Below, piece by piece: positions 1-12,663 of a stretch of DNA of 47,130 nucleotides (positions within the stretch are counted from its first letter, which is position 1; each line of letters opens with the position of its first letter). Origin of the DNA: Octopus sinensis (lineage: Eukaryota); the NCBI RefSeq assembly GCF_006345805.1, contig NW_021834984.1, positions 1-47,130 on the forward strand, read 5' to 3'. The translations under genes and the position numbers were made by a program. The notes under the pieces were generated by a model. It did not search any database, was not told where the DNA came from, and saw only the letters and a list, made by a program, of their open reading frames with translations.

Positions 1-94
1 ATAGCATAACTGTATAATATGCATAGTTATATATGTGGCATATTTAATATATATAATATTATTCTATTTGCGTATCTGTGAATATATGTACATA

Positions 95-510
95 TTTATA
101 TAAAATGCATGTATGTGTATATATATATATATATATAGATATGAGAGAGAGAGAGAGAGAGTGAGAGCAAGAGAGATATATTTATATATATAATATATAT
201 GTATATATGTATGATATTGATATATATATATATATATATAGATATATATATAGTATATATATATAATATATATATATGTGTGTGTATATATGTCTGTATG
301 TATGTATCTATATACATGTGTGTTTGTGTGTTGTGTATATATATATAGTCTGTATGTATGTATCTATATACAGTTGTTTGTGTGTGCATGTCTAAGAGAG
401 AAGAAATCAATACATAGATATTCATGATTATATCTGTATATATATATGATATTAATATATATATATATATATGATTTTATGATATATATACATATATATA
501 TATATATGAG
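95..510. repeat. Compound (TA)n/(GA)n/(TG)n microsatellite tract
   Basis: Directly visible. Similar tracts occur at 1165-1410, 26940-27290, 43260-45130, 45880-46290 and elsewhere. Confidence 0.95.
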
Positions 511-973
511 GTGCAAAAAATGGTGATTTTTGCCTGCCCACAACATATAACCTTCCAAGAAAATATAAGTACATACATATAATTTCGTAATATCTAGTAT
601 CTATCTTGCTTCCTCGTCAAATGTGCCATTCTATCTTTTAGAATGTAGAATGGATCAAGAAGGATATTTTCCTGCCATTTCTAGCAGATCAGACATTCCA
701 TACCTCTCTCATTAGTTCTTTACTAACGTGGTGTGTATTTAGTATTTGCACTATCCAATCATAGCTTAATTATTAGAGATTATATACAATTTTTAGTTCA
801 CATACATCATTATATTTTTGCTGATGTACGTGTATATATGTATATACACATGTGTATGTTTGTATACGTATATGGAACTACTGCATAACTCAGATTACTT
901 GCATCAAGATTATTTTTTAAAGCATCTTCCAATTTGGAGCTTTACATTCAAATATTGTTTTTTTATATCATAT

Positions 974-999
974 TTTATTTTTTATCTTATGCTTTTATT
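974..999 (-). promoter_or_regulatory. Candidate polyadenylation signals for the FReD gene
   Basis: AATAAA on the minus strand at 974-979 and 994-999, about 420 nt after the stop. The AT-rich context makes chance hits likely. Confidence 0.25.
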
Positions 1000-1414
1000 T
1001 AATTAATTTTCTGGATAAAATGTTTCATTTTTACTTATTTTTTAAAATTTGGTTAAACTATTTAATTATCTTTTCATGTGCAAAATAAGCCAAATTTGGC
1101 TACTAAATGCTAAAATTCTTGTTACATGTGTTCCTTAAAAAAAAACCATATTCATAATGGATCTACATACATACACATACATGCCCACACACACAAACAC
1201 ACTCACACATGTGTATGTGTGTGTATAATATATTTATATATATATATATATATTTCTATGTGCATGTATGCATGGTTATAAAAACACATACACACAGATA
1301 CATATATGTATATATGTATGTAGATATATATATGAGTGTGTGTATATATATAGGATATATATATATATATATATACACATGCACACATATGTATATATAT
1401 ATATATATTCCTGG

Positions 1415-1836
1415 TCACAACTCATTAGAAATCACATCTGCAGGTTTTAACAGCATTTCAACTTTCTTTAGTGATGAATGAAGATGGATGCTATTCCACT
1501 GGACACCATCACGGACGAAATAGTTGTTATGGTGACCTTTCTTATAGTAACGGCCATTCAAATGTGAATCAAAGCAGTTGTTGAACCACCAAGCACCATG
1601 GTAATAATCAGCACAGTTGTCGTAATAGCGGCCATCATTGTCTTGGTCAACAGTACTGAATGGCATACCATCATGCTTCTCCCAATAGGAAGTGAGAGAG
1701 TCACCAGCTGTCCCATGGTAACCTCGTACGGTCAGTCGGTAAAGGTCTTTCTCGTTTGAGACACGGAAATAATCGTATTCAGCATAGTAACTTTTGTCTT
1801 CCCAGTCAGTCATTTGGATTCGAAGTTTGGTATCAC
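1415..1836 (-). CDS. Terminal coding exon of a fibrinogen-related domain (FReD) protein
   Basis: The acceptor ttattttag|GT GAT ACC AAA CTT CGA ATC CAA ATG extends ORF 1415..1813 upstream. Translation is (G)DTKLRIQMTDWEDKSYYAEYDYFRV...YRLTVRGYHGTAGDSL...HDGMPFSTVDQDND...NCADYYHGAWWFNNCFDSHLNG...KKVEMLLKP...*, with canonical FReD motifs (FST.D.DND, GAWWF..C..S.LNG). TGA at 1415-1417; 422 nt = 2+140x3. Confidence 0.95.
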
Positions 1837-2119
1837 CTAAAATAACAGTAGAAATGTAAAAAAAAATATATATATATCAAAATAAAAATATAACACAAGG
1901 AAGGAAATGCATAAAAAACATAAATGAAGAGAAGTACTTGAAAGGAATAATAATAATAACAATAATAACAATAATAATAACAACAACAACACAAGAACAA
2001 CAACAATAATAATAATAATATAATAATGATAGTAATAATAATAATAATAAATGATATAATATAATAATAATAATTATTATTATTATTATTATTATTATTT
2101 TATTATTATTATTATTATT

Positions 2120-2352
2120 CTGTTTGACTTTGCTTATGTCTGTACAAGTTGGCTCCAAGTCTCACCCAGAGACCTCAAGAGACAACAGGCTGGAAGTTCA
2201 CTTTGTTGTTATGCCTAGTGTGCCATATATTTCGTTTTGTATTTAGTGTTGTACTAGTGAATGTCTAAAAAAAAAACGAAAATTATGTTTGTTTTAAAAC
2301 ATGAAATTACATAGAAAGTATTTTGCGTAGGATATGATGCAGTTCCCATGAG
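2120..2352 (-). mobile_element. 3' end of an R4/Dong-like non-LTR retrotransposon in a (TAA)n array
   Basis: The minus strand reads VLMGTA/HILRKILSM* (with a frameshift), then a 3' UTR ending in (AAT)n. Both sides are TAA/TTA repeats. Confidence 0.65.
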
Positions 2353-2359
2353 CACTATA

Positions 2360-2925
<566 letters not shown>

Positions 2926-3109
2926 GGTTGCTTTCTTCGTTTTTCTATTATTATTATTATTATTATTATTATTATCATTAGTATATTATTATTATTATTA
3001 TAACTACTAGTTAGACCCATGAAAAATTCACAGGAAATATGAAAAATGTAAACATGTGTAAATTGTGTGCTGGTGCCATAAGAAATGTTTCTATGTTGTG
3101 TGACAGTTA

Positions 3110-3302
3110 GAGAATATAGAAAGAAGGGTAAAACCAATGACTATATCTGAGTGCAACCAAATACACCACTATGCTTTTTTTGAGAATATAGAAAGAAGGG
3201 TAAAACCAATGACTATATCTGAGTGCAACCAAATACACCACTATGCTTTTTTTGAGAATATAGAAAGAAATGTAAAACCGATAACTATATAATCCAACCA
3301 AA
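3110..3302. repeat. 72-bp tandem repeat, ~2.7 copies
   Basis: 'gagaatatagaaagaa' recurs at 3110, 3182 and 3254; the first two copies are essentially identical. Confidence 0.92.
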
Positions 3303-4239
3303 ATATCTCAGTTACGAAAACATAAACAGAATTACTATTTAGCCTTAGAATGCATCGTACATATTCAGAGAAACTTCTTGGTTTAGGGGCACGGAATGTT
3401 CTTCTGGTATTCTTTTACTTGTTTCAGTCATTTGACCAAGGCCTCGTGAATGGATTTGGAAGACAAAAACTAGATGAAGCCTATCATGTGTATGTGTGTG
3501 TGTGTGTGTGTTTGTCCTCCAAGACTGCTTGACAGCTGGTGTTGGTGTGTTTACATTGCTCCAGCTTGGCAGTTCAGCAAAAGAGACCAGTAGAATAAGT
3601 AGTACCAGGCTTAAAAGACTAAGTACTGGGGTTAATCTGTTTGACTAAAATTCTTTCAGGCAGTGCACCAGCATGGCTGCACTGAAACAAATAAAAGATA
3701 AAAGAATAAAAACAATCCTTTCATTGCAAAAAAAAAAAAGAAAGAAAAATGGGGAAAGAATATTTAAGCCAAATATCTTTGTGTAAATATGATAAAATTC
3801 CTTGAACATTTTACATCGAACAGTTGCAATTTTGAAAAAGATTTGAAGGTGCATATTCTCAGAAAAATATTCTGAATCTTCTACATTTTCAGTTCCCAAA
3901 ATGCATGAGGACAAATATGTTTTGAGTTATTTATTCCTGGAGGATTAAATAAAATGACAGGGAGAATTTCATCAGATTTGCTCAAGGACATTTTGCCAAT
4001 TACAAAATTGAAAATTGAAGACTAATGGTGCCATTCCTGCGTTCACAGGATCTCCTCGTTCAAACTTTTGAACTTGAATTTCTATAATTTTGAATTTCTG
4101 TGTTCATTTTACATTTTGAACTTGGAAAAGACAGGCAAACTGTTGAAATATCATTCAGATCATTAAACAATCTATTTCAATCACATCATGCTCTTCATAT
4201 TTATCTTCATGAAGAATTATGTCAATTCTTTTAGAATAT

Positions 4240-4282
4240 AATAACAACAACAACAATAATAATAATGTTTAATGTTCTAATT

Positions 4283-4327
<45 letters not shown>

Positions 4328-5031
4328 TTAACGTCTGCTTTCCCTGCTAGTAAGGGTTGGACGGTTTGACTGAGGACAGGCAAACCAGGAGGCTGCACCA
4401 GGCTCCAATGTGATCTGGCAAGGTTTTTACGACTGGATGCTCTTCCTAATGCCAACCACTCTGAGATTGCAAAGGGTGATTTTTATGTGCCGCCAGCACA
4501 GGTGCCAGTCAGGTGGCATTGGTATCGGTCACACTCGAATGGTGCTCTTTACATGCCACCAACATGAGAGGCAGTCAGGTGGCACTGGCATAAACCATGG
4601 TGGCACTCAGAATGCTGAGATTTATCCATAAATGCAGATGTGGGTTCTGTGATGTTTGGAAAATTGTATGAGAATTCTTTGACAAGACAATGATAGGAAC
4701 ACAAATCTAGACAATCATCATCCAGCAACTAAAACTTATAAAACTAAACAAGGAGCACATACAAAATAATACAATTAATATTCTACATCAGGGTGCCACA
4801 TAAACAGCACCCTCTACACTCTCAGAGTGGTTGGCATTAGGAAGGGCATCCAGCCGTAGAAACCTTGCCAGATCAGATTGGAGCCTGGTACATCCTCCTG
4901 GTTTGCCTGTCCTCAGTCAAACTGTCCAACCCTTACTAGCAGGGAAAGCAGACGTTAAATGATGATGATGATGATGATGATTAATTAGAACATTAAACAT
5001 TATTATCATTATTGTTGTTGTTGTTGTTATT
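4240..5031. repeat. Inverted duplication (~240-bp arms, 4240-4490 and 4795-5031) containing a SINE 3' end
   Basis: The arms are reverse complements, including the (CAT)n tail and the flank 'taatgtttaatgttctaattaa' / 'ttaattagaacattaaacatta'. Confidence 0.9.
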
Positions 5032-5384
5032 AACTAAAGCTCAAAGGACAAACCCAGTCTGTGACTTCATTTTGTCTCACCATACAGTTTCATTGAATCT
5101 ATGATGCTGCATATAAAAATTCTTTTTTAACTTTATCTATCTTTAGCAAGTGAACAATAAAATTCTATACAAAAAAGTTTTATTTTTGTTGGAGTCTCAA
5201 CAAATAAGTAAGATTCATTCACTTGATAATAATTATTCCAGATGCAAGATATTAAACAATGTTTTTGCCTTCCTAATTGAATGAAGCAACATATTCTATT
5301 GCAATGAAGATTGTGTGAATCATTACTACTATGAAGTGAGTAAATGACAGAAAATGGATTCTTCTCTTTCTTTTATTTTTTTTA

Positions 5385-5750
5385 CTTGTTTCAACCATGC
5401 TGGAGCACCGCCCTTACTCAAGTAAATCAACCCCAGGACTTACTCTTTGTAAGCCTAGCACTTTTCTATCGGATAGTTTTACTGAGCTGCTAAGTTATGG
5501 GAATGTAAACACACCAACATCGGTTGTCAAATGATGGTTAGGGGACAAAGACTAACACATAAATACCCCCCCCCCACACACATTTATATATGGCAGGCTT
5601 CTTTCGGTTTCTGTCAATCAAATCCTCTCACAAGGTTTTGGTCAGCTTGAGGCTATAGTAGAAGACACTTACCCAAGGTGCCAAGCAGTAGGACTGAACC
5701 TGGAACCATGTGGTTGGGAAGCAAGCTTCTTACCACATAGTCACTCCTGT
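5385..5750 (-). mobile_element. tRNA-derived SINE, family A
   Basis: Minus-strand head 'caggagtgactatgtggtaagaagcttgc...ggttccaggttcagtcc' with A/B-box-like motifs. Shares its body with copies at 16148-16310 (+), 22565-22968 (-), 24250-24430, 24540-24745, 3400-3690 and 21680-21840. Confidence 0.85.
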
Positions 5751-6289
5751 TGAGGAAGGTAAGTAAAGTTGGTGGCACCTCATTTAACCACAAAATTACA
5801 ACATATCCCCTACCCCCATTCATCTTACTAAAAATGGTTTAACTCTTTTAATAAAGATTTGAACATATGTTACCAATAAGCATTTTTATGAGATTATTCT
5901 ATGAATAATCTCATAAATCCAGCTTTGATGTCTATTTCAATGGGGAATCAAAATTGTTGACATGCCTTCATAAAATGGTTTTTACTCATTTTGGACATCA
6001 ACTGGATAATGGCAGCCTTTATAGAAATCTTGGGTTTAGTGATGATGTTGGTTAGTCTCCATTTAATAACACTACAAACATAGTCTTCTATGGGATTTAA
6101 ATCTCCTAAGTTTGGGTAACACAAGCTTGGTGTTACATAATCATAAAGATTGTTTGACATCCATTCTTGGGTCTCGTGGGCTTTGTGAGAAGGTGCTAAG
6201 TCTTGTTAAGACACATGTAGCCTTTAACTGCATCTTTCATCCATATAGAATGAAACTCCCTCCAGCACCTCAATGTATCCATCAGATGT

Positions 6290-6635
6290 CTTGCAAACAA
6301 CTTGCATATGCAAGTGCTACCAGTCAAAAGCTCCGAATACCGGAAGCCAGCAAGTGTATGGGGTCATCAGGAGAGAGTGCGCGCTGTTTCGGGGCCTACC
6401 TCTCGACGACCCCCCTCACTGATATGAGGCCCTGCTTGCTAGATCAGCTGGTTATCAAATTAAGCTCAATATCCTTCTAGCCATCGCTCATCATCTCTTT
6501 TTAACCAAATCCAGTGGCTAGCCTTCTCCACTGTAGTTTGGATATCGGTCATGGTGGTATTGACTTTACGATGAGTTACGCCTAACGATAACAACAGTTG
6601 TCTCATGAAAAGCAATGTATCCAGCAGATAATCAC
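6290..6635 (-). mobile_element. 3' fragment of a HERO-like non-LTR retrotransposon nested in the maT element
   Basis: RQLLLSLGVTHRKVNTTMTDIQTTVEKASHWIWLKRDDERW* resembles the 'E.AS.W.W.KR...W' C-terminus of HERO-clade elements. It is followed by a GC-rich 3' UTR hairpin. Boundaries are approximate. Confidence 0.65.
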
Positions 6636-6805
6636 CTCTCCTAAAACCATCAGAGTTGCTTGTGTGCATCACTCTGGGTCGTCAGCACTTAACCATCTGT
6701 CAATTTTACTGGTAGACTGTGATTTTGGTGGAAGATTTTCTCATCAGAGAAGAATCAAAACATGACGTGTTTATAAGGGCTTTTATACTTGAGTAAACAC
6801 TTGTT

Positions 6806-7847
6806 ATGGATCAAATGGTTTTCCTCTCTATCTTTGCGGACATGAAGTAGCCTCTCCTCAGTACCAACAATTTGTATCAAATGTCCTTACGTACCACGGT
6901 TCTAGTTTTCACCCCAACATCTGAAGTTCTTTCTTTGACTTCTGGATCTTATTGATTTTCTAGGATCATCATCAATAATCTCTTGAACCCAGTTGGATAA
7001 ATAGCATTGTCCAGTGTTCAAATGTTTAGGATGCCTTTTCCTCTTTGATACTGTTGAAAAATTCCCATGGATCAAATGGTTTTCCTCTCTATCTTTGCGG
7101 ACATGAAGTAGCCTCTCCTCAGTACCAACAATTTGTATCAAATGTCCTTACGTACCACGGTTCTAGTTTTCACCCCAACATCTGAAGTTCTTTCTTTGAC
7201 TTCTGGATCTTATTGATTTTCTAGGATCATCATCAATAATCTCTTGAACCCAGTTGAATAAATAGCATTGTCCAGTGTTCAAATGTTTAGGATGCCTTTT
7301 CCTCTTTGATACTGTTGAAAAATTCCCATGGATCAAATGGTTTTCCTCTCTATCTTTGCGGACATGCAGTAGCCTCTCCTCAGTACCAACAATTTGTATC
7401 AAATGTCCTTACGTACCACGGTTCTATTTTTCACCCCAACATCTGAAGTTCTTTCTTTGACTTCTGGATCTTATTGATTTTCTAGGATCATCATCAATAA
7501 TCTCTTGAACCCAGTTGAATAAATAGCATTGTCCAGTGTTCAAATGTTTAGGATGCCTTTTCCTCTTTGATACTGTTGAAAAATTCCCATGGATCAAATG
7601 GTTTTCCTCTCTATCTTTGTGGACATGAAGTAGCCTCTCCTCAGTACCAACAATTTGTATCAAATGTCCTTACGTACCACGGTTCTAGTTTTCACCCCAA
7701 CATCTGAAGTTCTTTCTTTGACTTCTGATCTTATTGTTTTCTAGGATCATCATCAATAATCTCTTGAACCCAGTTGAATAAATAGCATTGTCCAGTGTTC
7801 AAATGTTTAGGATGCCTTTTCCTCTTTGATACTGTTGAAAAATTCCC
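6806..7847. repeat. 261-bp tandem repeat x4 derived from the maT transposase
   Basis: Units start at 6806, 7067, 7328 and 7589 ('atggatcaaatggttttcc'). They differ by only a few substitutions and ~2 nt deleted in copy 4. This explains the three near-identical 79-aa ORFs. Confidence 0.97.
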
Positions 7848-8054
7848 ACCAGAGACTTCCAATTTCATCTGAACTTTGTGTACAAAATATCTTGCAACAT
7901 TTTAAAAATTAGCAATGTCTAAGTCACTGTGTTCCAGATATAGTAAGAATGACTGCATAGCTTTTTATTTCTTTCTTAGCATTTTAACTGAAAGGTATCT
8001 GAAAGAAATAAAAACTCTTGATTTCAAGAGAGTATGATAATTATGTGTCCTTAA

Positions 8055-8270
8055 CCCTTTTGTTACCAACCCAGCTGAAACCAGCTCTGGCTCTGTAGTA
8101 CAAATGTCTTGTTTTCGAAAGTTCCTAATTAAAATCTTCCACCAAACCTTAGTCACAATTAATGTTCCTAACACTAGCTTAATGATAACAAAGTTATTTT
8201 CTAAATTCTTTGTTATATTTAAAATTAATTGAAAGAAACACAGAACATCTCAACAGAAATACAGTAACAA
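8055..8270. mobile_element. piggyBac-type MITE, right end truncated
   Basis: TTAA (8051-8054) followed by CCCTTTTGTTAC; partial complementary end 'gtaacaa' at 8264-8270. Confidence 0.5.
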
Positions 8271-8849
8271 TGTATCATATGTATCATATTGACCACAGAA
8301 AAGTGCTATTTGAAATGACCCAAGCAGGATTTGAACTCAGATTGCGAACAGGTGGTATATTTAATCAACTCTTCTGCTCAACCCTTAAGGAGATTTTATC
8401 AAAATCAACTCTTTTGCAATTGTTCAGGACATGATCTTTTGTATGATTACATCTTTCTGCCTCTCATCAGTCTTAGTAGTCTTCAAAAGAGTCAGGTTTC
8501 TTTCCCATGATTAAGCAATGAAAAATTAATTACAGTAATTTTGTTTGATTCTATTGGTTCTTCCAATTTATCAATTTACAAGCTAAGTAAAGTTAATCTT
8601 TGAAAATCTTGATATAAATCAGTCATGGCAGACATGTGTTCAATACATTGACAACTGTACCAGCTTAATGAAATGCCATCAGAAAAATTACTAATAAACA
8701 CATTACATAGACTACTATCAGTATAACAGTACTATTAATCACTGCACACACGTGTTCTTTAAATGCTGTGTAAATAAAACTTTAAATGCAGTAATGCTGT
8801 TGTCTTCATACTCTCATCAGTTAAACCCATTCTACTTTTCTCTAACAAA

Positions 8850-9142
8850 AGCACCATCTGAACGTGGCCGATGCCAGTGCCTCCTTGACTGGCTTCTGTG
8901 CTGGTGGCACGTAAAAAGCACCAATCCGATCATGGCCGTTGCCAGCCTCACCTGGCATGTTAAAAGCACCCCTACACTCTCGGAGTGGTTAGTGTTAGGA
9001 AGAGCATCCAGCTGTAGAAACACTGCCAGATCAGACTGGAGCCTGGTGCAGCCGCCATGGCTTCCCAGATCCCAGTCAAACCATCCAACCCATGCTAGCA
9101 TGAAGAACGGATGTTAAACGATGATGATGATGATGATGATGA
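8850..9142 (+). mobile_element. SINE family B (RTE-type tail, (ATG)n end)
   Basis: 'ctacactctcggagtggttagtgttaggaagagcatccagctgtagaaacactgcc...ccaacccatgctagcatg...gttaaacgatgatg'. Other copies at 9374-10055, 36000-36570, 44400-44777, 20147-20330 (-), 43955-44150 (-) and 4290-4600 (-). Confidence 0.85.
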
Positions 9143-9373
9143 ACTCTTTCTGTGTTTCACTTTCCAGATCCTATATTTAGCAGTTCTTCAAGTCCTTTCA
9201 TCCTGTAACTCTGCTGAGCCTCCAGAATCCTCACTGCTTTTCCATTTATCAATACTAATCTAAAAATATTAAAACTTAACTTTAACTGCAACAATATTTC
9301 TCACTAGTTCCACAGGAGCTGCAAATGGTGATGGAAAATACTCCTCATTATTTGCTGATCTAATAAAATATAA

Positions 9374-9885
9374 GTGCCGGTGACACGTAAAAGCACCGTC
9401 CGTTCGTGGCCGTTTGCCAGCTCTGTCTGGCCCCGTGTCGGTGGCACGTAAAAGCACCATCCATTCGTGGCCGTTTGCCAGCTCTGTCTGGCCCCGTGTC
9501 GGTGGCACGTAAAAGCACCATCCGTCCGTGTCCGTTGCCAGCCTCGGCTGGCCCCCGTGCCAGTGACACGTAAAAGCACCGTCCGCTCGTGGCCGTTTGC
9601 CAGCTCTGTCTGGCAACCGTGTCGGTGGCACGTAAAAGCACCATCCGTTCGCGTCCGTTGCCAGCCTCGGCTGGCCCCCGTGCCGGTGACATGTAAAAGC
9701 ACCGTCCGTTCGTGGCCGGTTGCCAGCTCTGTCTGGCCCCGTGTCGGTGGCACGTAAAAGCACCATCCGTTCGTGTCCGTTGCCAGCATCGCCTGGCCCC
9801 GTGCCGGTGACACGTAAAAGCACCATCCGTTCGTGGCCGTTCGCCAGCTCTGTCTGGCACCTGTGCAGGTGGCACGTAAAAAACA
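9374..9885 (+). repeat. GC-rich ~61-bp minisatellite (8 units plus a partial) inside a family-B SINE
   Basis: The core 'cacgtaaaagcacc' (or a close variant) occurs at about 9384, 9445, 9506, 9567, 9629, 9690, 9751, 9811 and 9873. Confidence 0.95.
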
Positions 9886-10589
9886 CCCACTACACTCGCG
9901 GAGTGGTTGGCGTTAGGAAGGCATCCAGCCGTAGAAACACTGCCAGATCTGACTGGGCCTGACGAAGCCTTCCAGCTTCACAGACCCCAGTTGACCCGTC
10001 CAACCCATGCTAGCATGGAAAGCGGACGCTAAACGATGATGATGATGATGATGATAAAAGCTGATTCTGTTTTAGAATTTGTTCAAGAGATTTAAATTAC
10101 ATACTGTAAGGTTTTAGTTGTTGCTATCTATTGTTTCTGTCATATATGAATTAATAAGGGTATATGACTATATATTACTAAAGTATGTTTTATACATACT
10201 TTAGTAATATATAGTTATATACCCTTATTGTATGAAAAATAACATTTTGAAACTTACAGGTAAATATTCAAATCAAATTTTATTTATCGTTGTTTATTGA
10301 TGATATTTTATTTTTTTGTTTTTTCTTTTTCTTTAGCCATTTACTATTTACAGCGTCTATCTTTTGTCGTTTCCACTTTTGTTTAGAACTTTTATTTCAG
10401 TCTCTTCCTATCAGCTCAGCCATCTTTACATCCAGAAATGTTTTTAGTGTCAAGTTATTTTTACGTTGTTTTTCTTACCTTTTTTTTGTAATGCTTTAGT
10501 TTTACGTCAAGCCTTTCTTTCATTCAAAATCATCCAAATAAACAGTCTATTTATGTACATTACTTCCTTTTTCCTGTACACTGCTTTCC

Positions 10590-11210
10590 TCCAAACAGCT
10601 AAGCCATAATTATTTACCACCTCAATCAGGAAATTGTATCTTTCTTCAACTCTCTATCGCTTCCATTTTATACATCAGTTTGTATACATTTATACTTTTT
10701 TCCATACTTCCTAACTTACTGTGGACTGCTTTCTTCTGAACAGCTCGGCAATAATCATGTTTATTACCTCAATCAAGAACTTGTAGCTTTTCTCCCTCTT
10801 CTTCCTCCTCATATTTTATATGCCATTTCTTGTACATCTATAGTTTCCTTTCAGATGTTTTTGGAAATCAAACCATCACATGGCTACAGTCCCTCTTCAG
10901 ATCTTACATTTTAACTGTTGATCCTACAAGATTGTATAAACAATCTGTGCTGCTGGGATAAACATTGACATTAGATGAAAAAGGAAAATATCTTTAAACA
11001 GCTAGGCAATAATTATATTTATCACCCCAATCAAAAACCTCTATCTTCTTTTACACTCTTTCCTCTTTTTGTGTTTTATATACCATTTTGTACATACATC
11101 TTCAGTTTTCTTGTTCAGGAATTTGGAAATCAAACTATCATAGACTTTAACCTATGAAATGTAAGATCTACAGATCCTACATGTTAACTGTTGACCCCAC
11201 AAAGCTACAT
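10590..11210. repeat. Old diverged tandem repeat, 3 copies
   Basis: 'aacagct.ggcaataat.at.tttat.acc.caatcaa' variants at about 10593, 10739 and 10996. Copies 2 and 3 also share 'ttggaaatcaaac.atca' and 'ttaactgttga'. Confidence 0.7.
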
Positions 11211-11819
11211 GCATAGTGTTGTCGAGGCAACTGGTCATGACTTGTTATAACTAAGTTATCAAAAACTTTCATATTCTTTTTACTTTATGTATTCATGGCT
11301 CTTCTGTAATTAAATTTATATGAGAAATGCTTCAGGTAATGGTTTGCATGACATTTCAAATGACAACTAAATATCTAAATGTCAATCTTTTTTCATTTCG
11401 TTTCTGAAATCTTTTTCAAGAACCATCTCAAAAAAAAAAATGCTTAAGATTTACTTATTTCCTCTAAACCCCATCACATATTTTTTTTTTATCACAAAAG
11501 AAAAAAATATCTACATAGCAATTTTAGGAAATTATAATTTATTAATTTGAAGAGGAAGAACAATGCCTGTAGCCACTTTAGACTTCTCTTCTTCATTGTA
11601 GGTAAAAAAAAAAAAAGTGATAACTGAATGATGTTGGCACAGTTGTTTGTAAATATGAATTATTTTGGTTTGGTAATTGGAAGGAAAAAAATGTGATGGA
11701 ATAAAAATCTCTGTTGTTGGCAAATGTTAAAGAAGGCAGGATAGCTTGAACATAAAAATGTTCAGAAAAATATCTATAAGGCCAAAACCATAATTAAGGT
11801 TTGAAAGAAAAACTTTAAA

Positions 11820-11846
11820 ATGATAATAATAATAATCATAGTAATG

Positions 11847-11919
<73 letters not shown>

Positions 11920-11999
11920 TAATAATAATAATAATAATGATAATAATAATGATAATAATAATGATAATAATAATAATAATAATGATAATAATAATAATG

Positions 12000-12039
<40 letters not shown>

Positions 12040-12044
12040 TAACA

Positions 12045-12074
<30 letters not shown>
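11820..12074. repeat. Long (TAA/TGA)n trinucleotide microsatellite
   Basis: Directly visible; source of the poly-I and poly-L ORFs. A (TAA/TAG)n tract is at 14253-14452. Confidence 0.98.
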
Positions 12075-12075
<1 letters not shown>

Positions 12076-12607
12076 ATGCCCTGATGCAGTACCAGACTGT
12101 GGCTCTCATGGCTTCTGATCTTAACTGATTGGAAGTGTTATCATGTACATTGTTTTGTCTTGGTATAAAAGATGGGCTACAGCAAATATTTTGCTCAATA
12201 CCACAGATTTGCTTGTCAGTTGTTTGACCTTAACCTGTTGAGTATGTCCCTTGGTGGCTGATGATATGTGCATCTCTGATTACAAGCTGAAGTAGTGGGG
12301 GAGCATCATAGCCATGTGTTGAGAGGGATTCTTTGGGGTTTGAATAATTCACCTCTGGAAACATGGGTGGTTCTTTCAACATCCTTAAACAACCCTTATT
12401 CAGGGACCTTTTGAGCGGGATGGGCTACTCAACCTGAAGAAAATTCTAACTGGGCCCCACCTGCAAGGTCATGTGCTGTTTATCTTGATATGAGATCACC
12501 ATGTCGCGCACATATGGTTGTGATGCATGTGCCTAGTGTAGACGGGTGTACTGGGCTTCGTATATTTTACCCCAGTGTCACTTTCATGGCATGCACTGCT
12601 CTCTCAC

Positions 12608-12608
<1 letters not shown>
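12075..12608. mobile_element. ~530-bp non-coding interspersed element inserted in a (TAA)n array
   Basis: A higher-GC block with sharp edges and same-orientation (TAA)n on both sides. No credible ORF. Confidence 0.55.

Positions 12609-12663
<55 letters not shown>

Larger units (their letters stand above)
5880..7990 (-). mobile_element. Decayed DD37D (maT-type) Tc1/mariner transposase, interrupted
   Basis: Minus-strand fragments in order: EHSDLDIANF..ARYFVHKV; VSKRKRH...VQEIIDDDPRKSIRS; VRKDI*YK...LRRGYFMS; FFSDEK; VMHT; QDLAPSHKAHETQEWMSNNLYDYVTPSLCYPNLGDLNPIEDY. There are 37 residues between the QD aspartate and the NP(L)D-equivalent position. Many stops and frameshifts. Confidence 0.8.

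Noticed and set aside
6360-6400. GAAAC...CTGATGA as a type-II hammerhead
   Set aside because: The stem II flanks (cccc/cccc) cannot pair, and CTGATGA is buried in a longer hairpin.
6902-7663. Three tandem 79-aa ORFs as a peptide gene cluster
   Set aside because: They are by-products of the 261-bp duplication of a frameshifted transposase and span the unit junction.
9374-9885. CRISPR-like regularly spaced repeat; GC-rich ORFs of 169-205 aa
   Set aside because: The 'spacers' are themselves repeated, there are no cas genes, and the context is a eukaryotic SINE. The ORFs are open in several frames only because the unit lacks stops.
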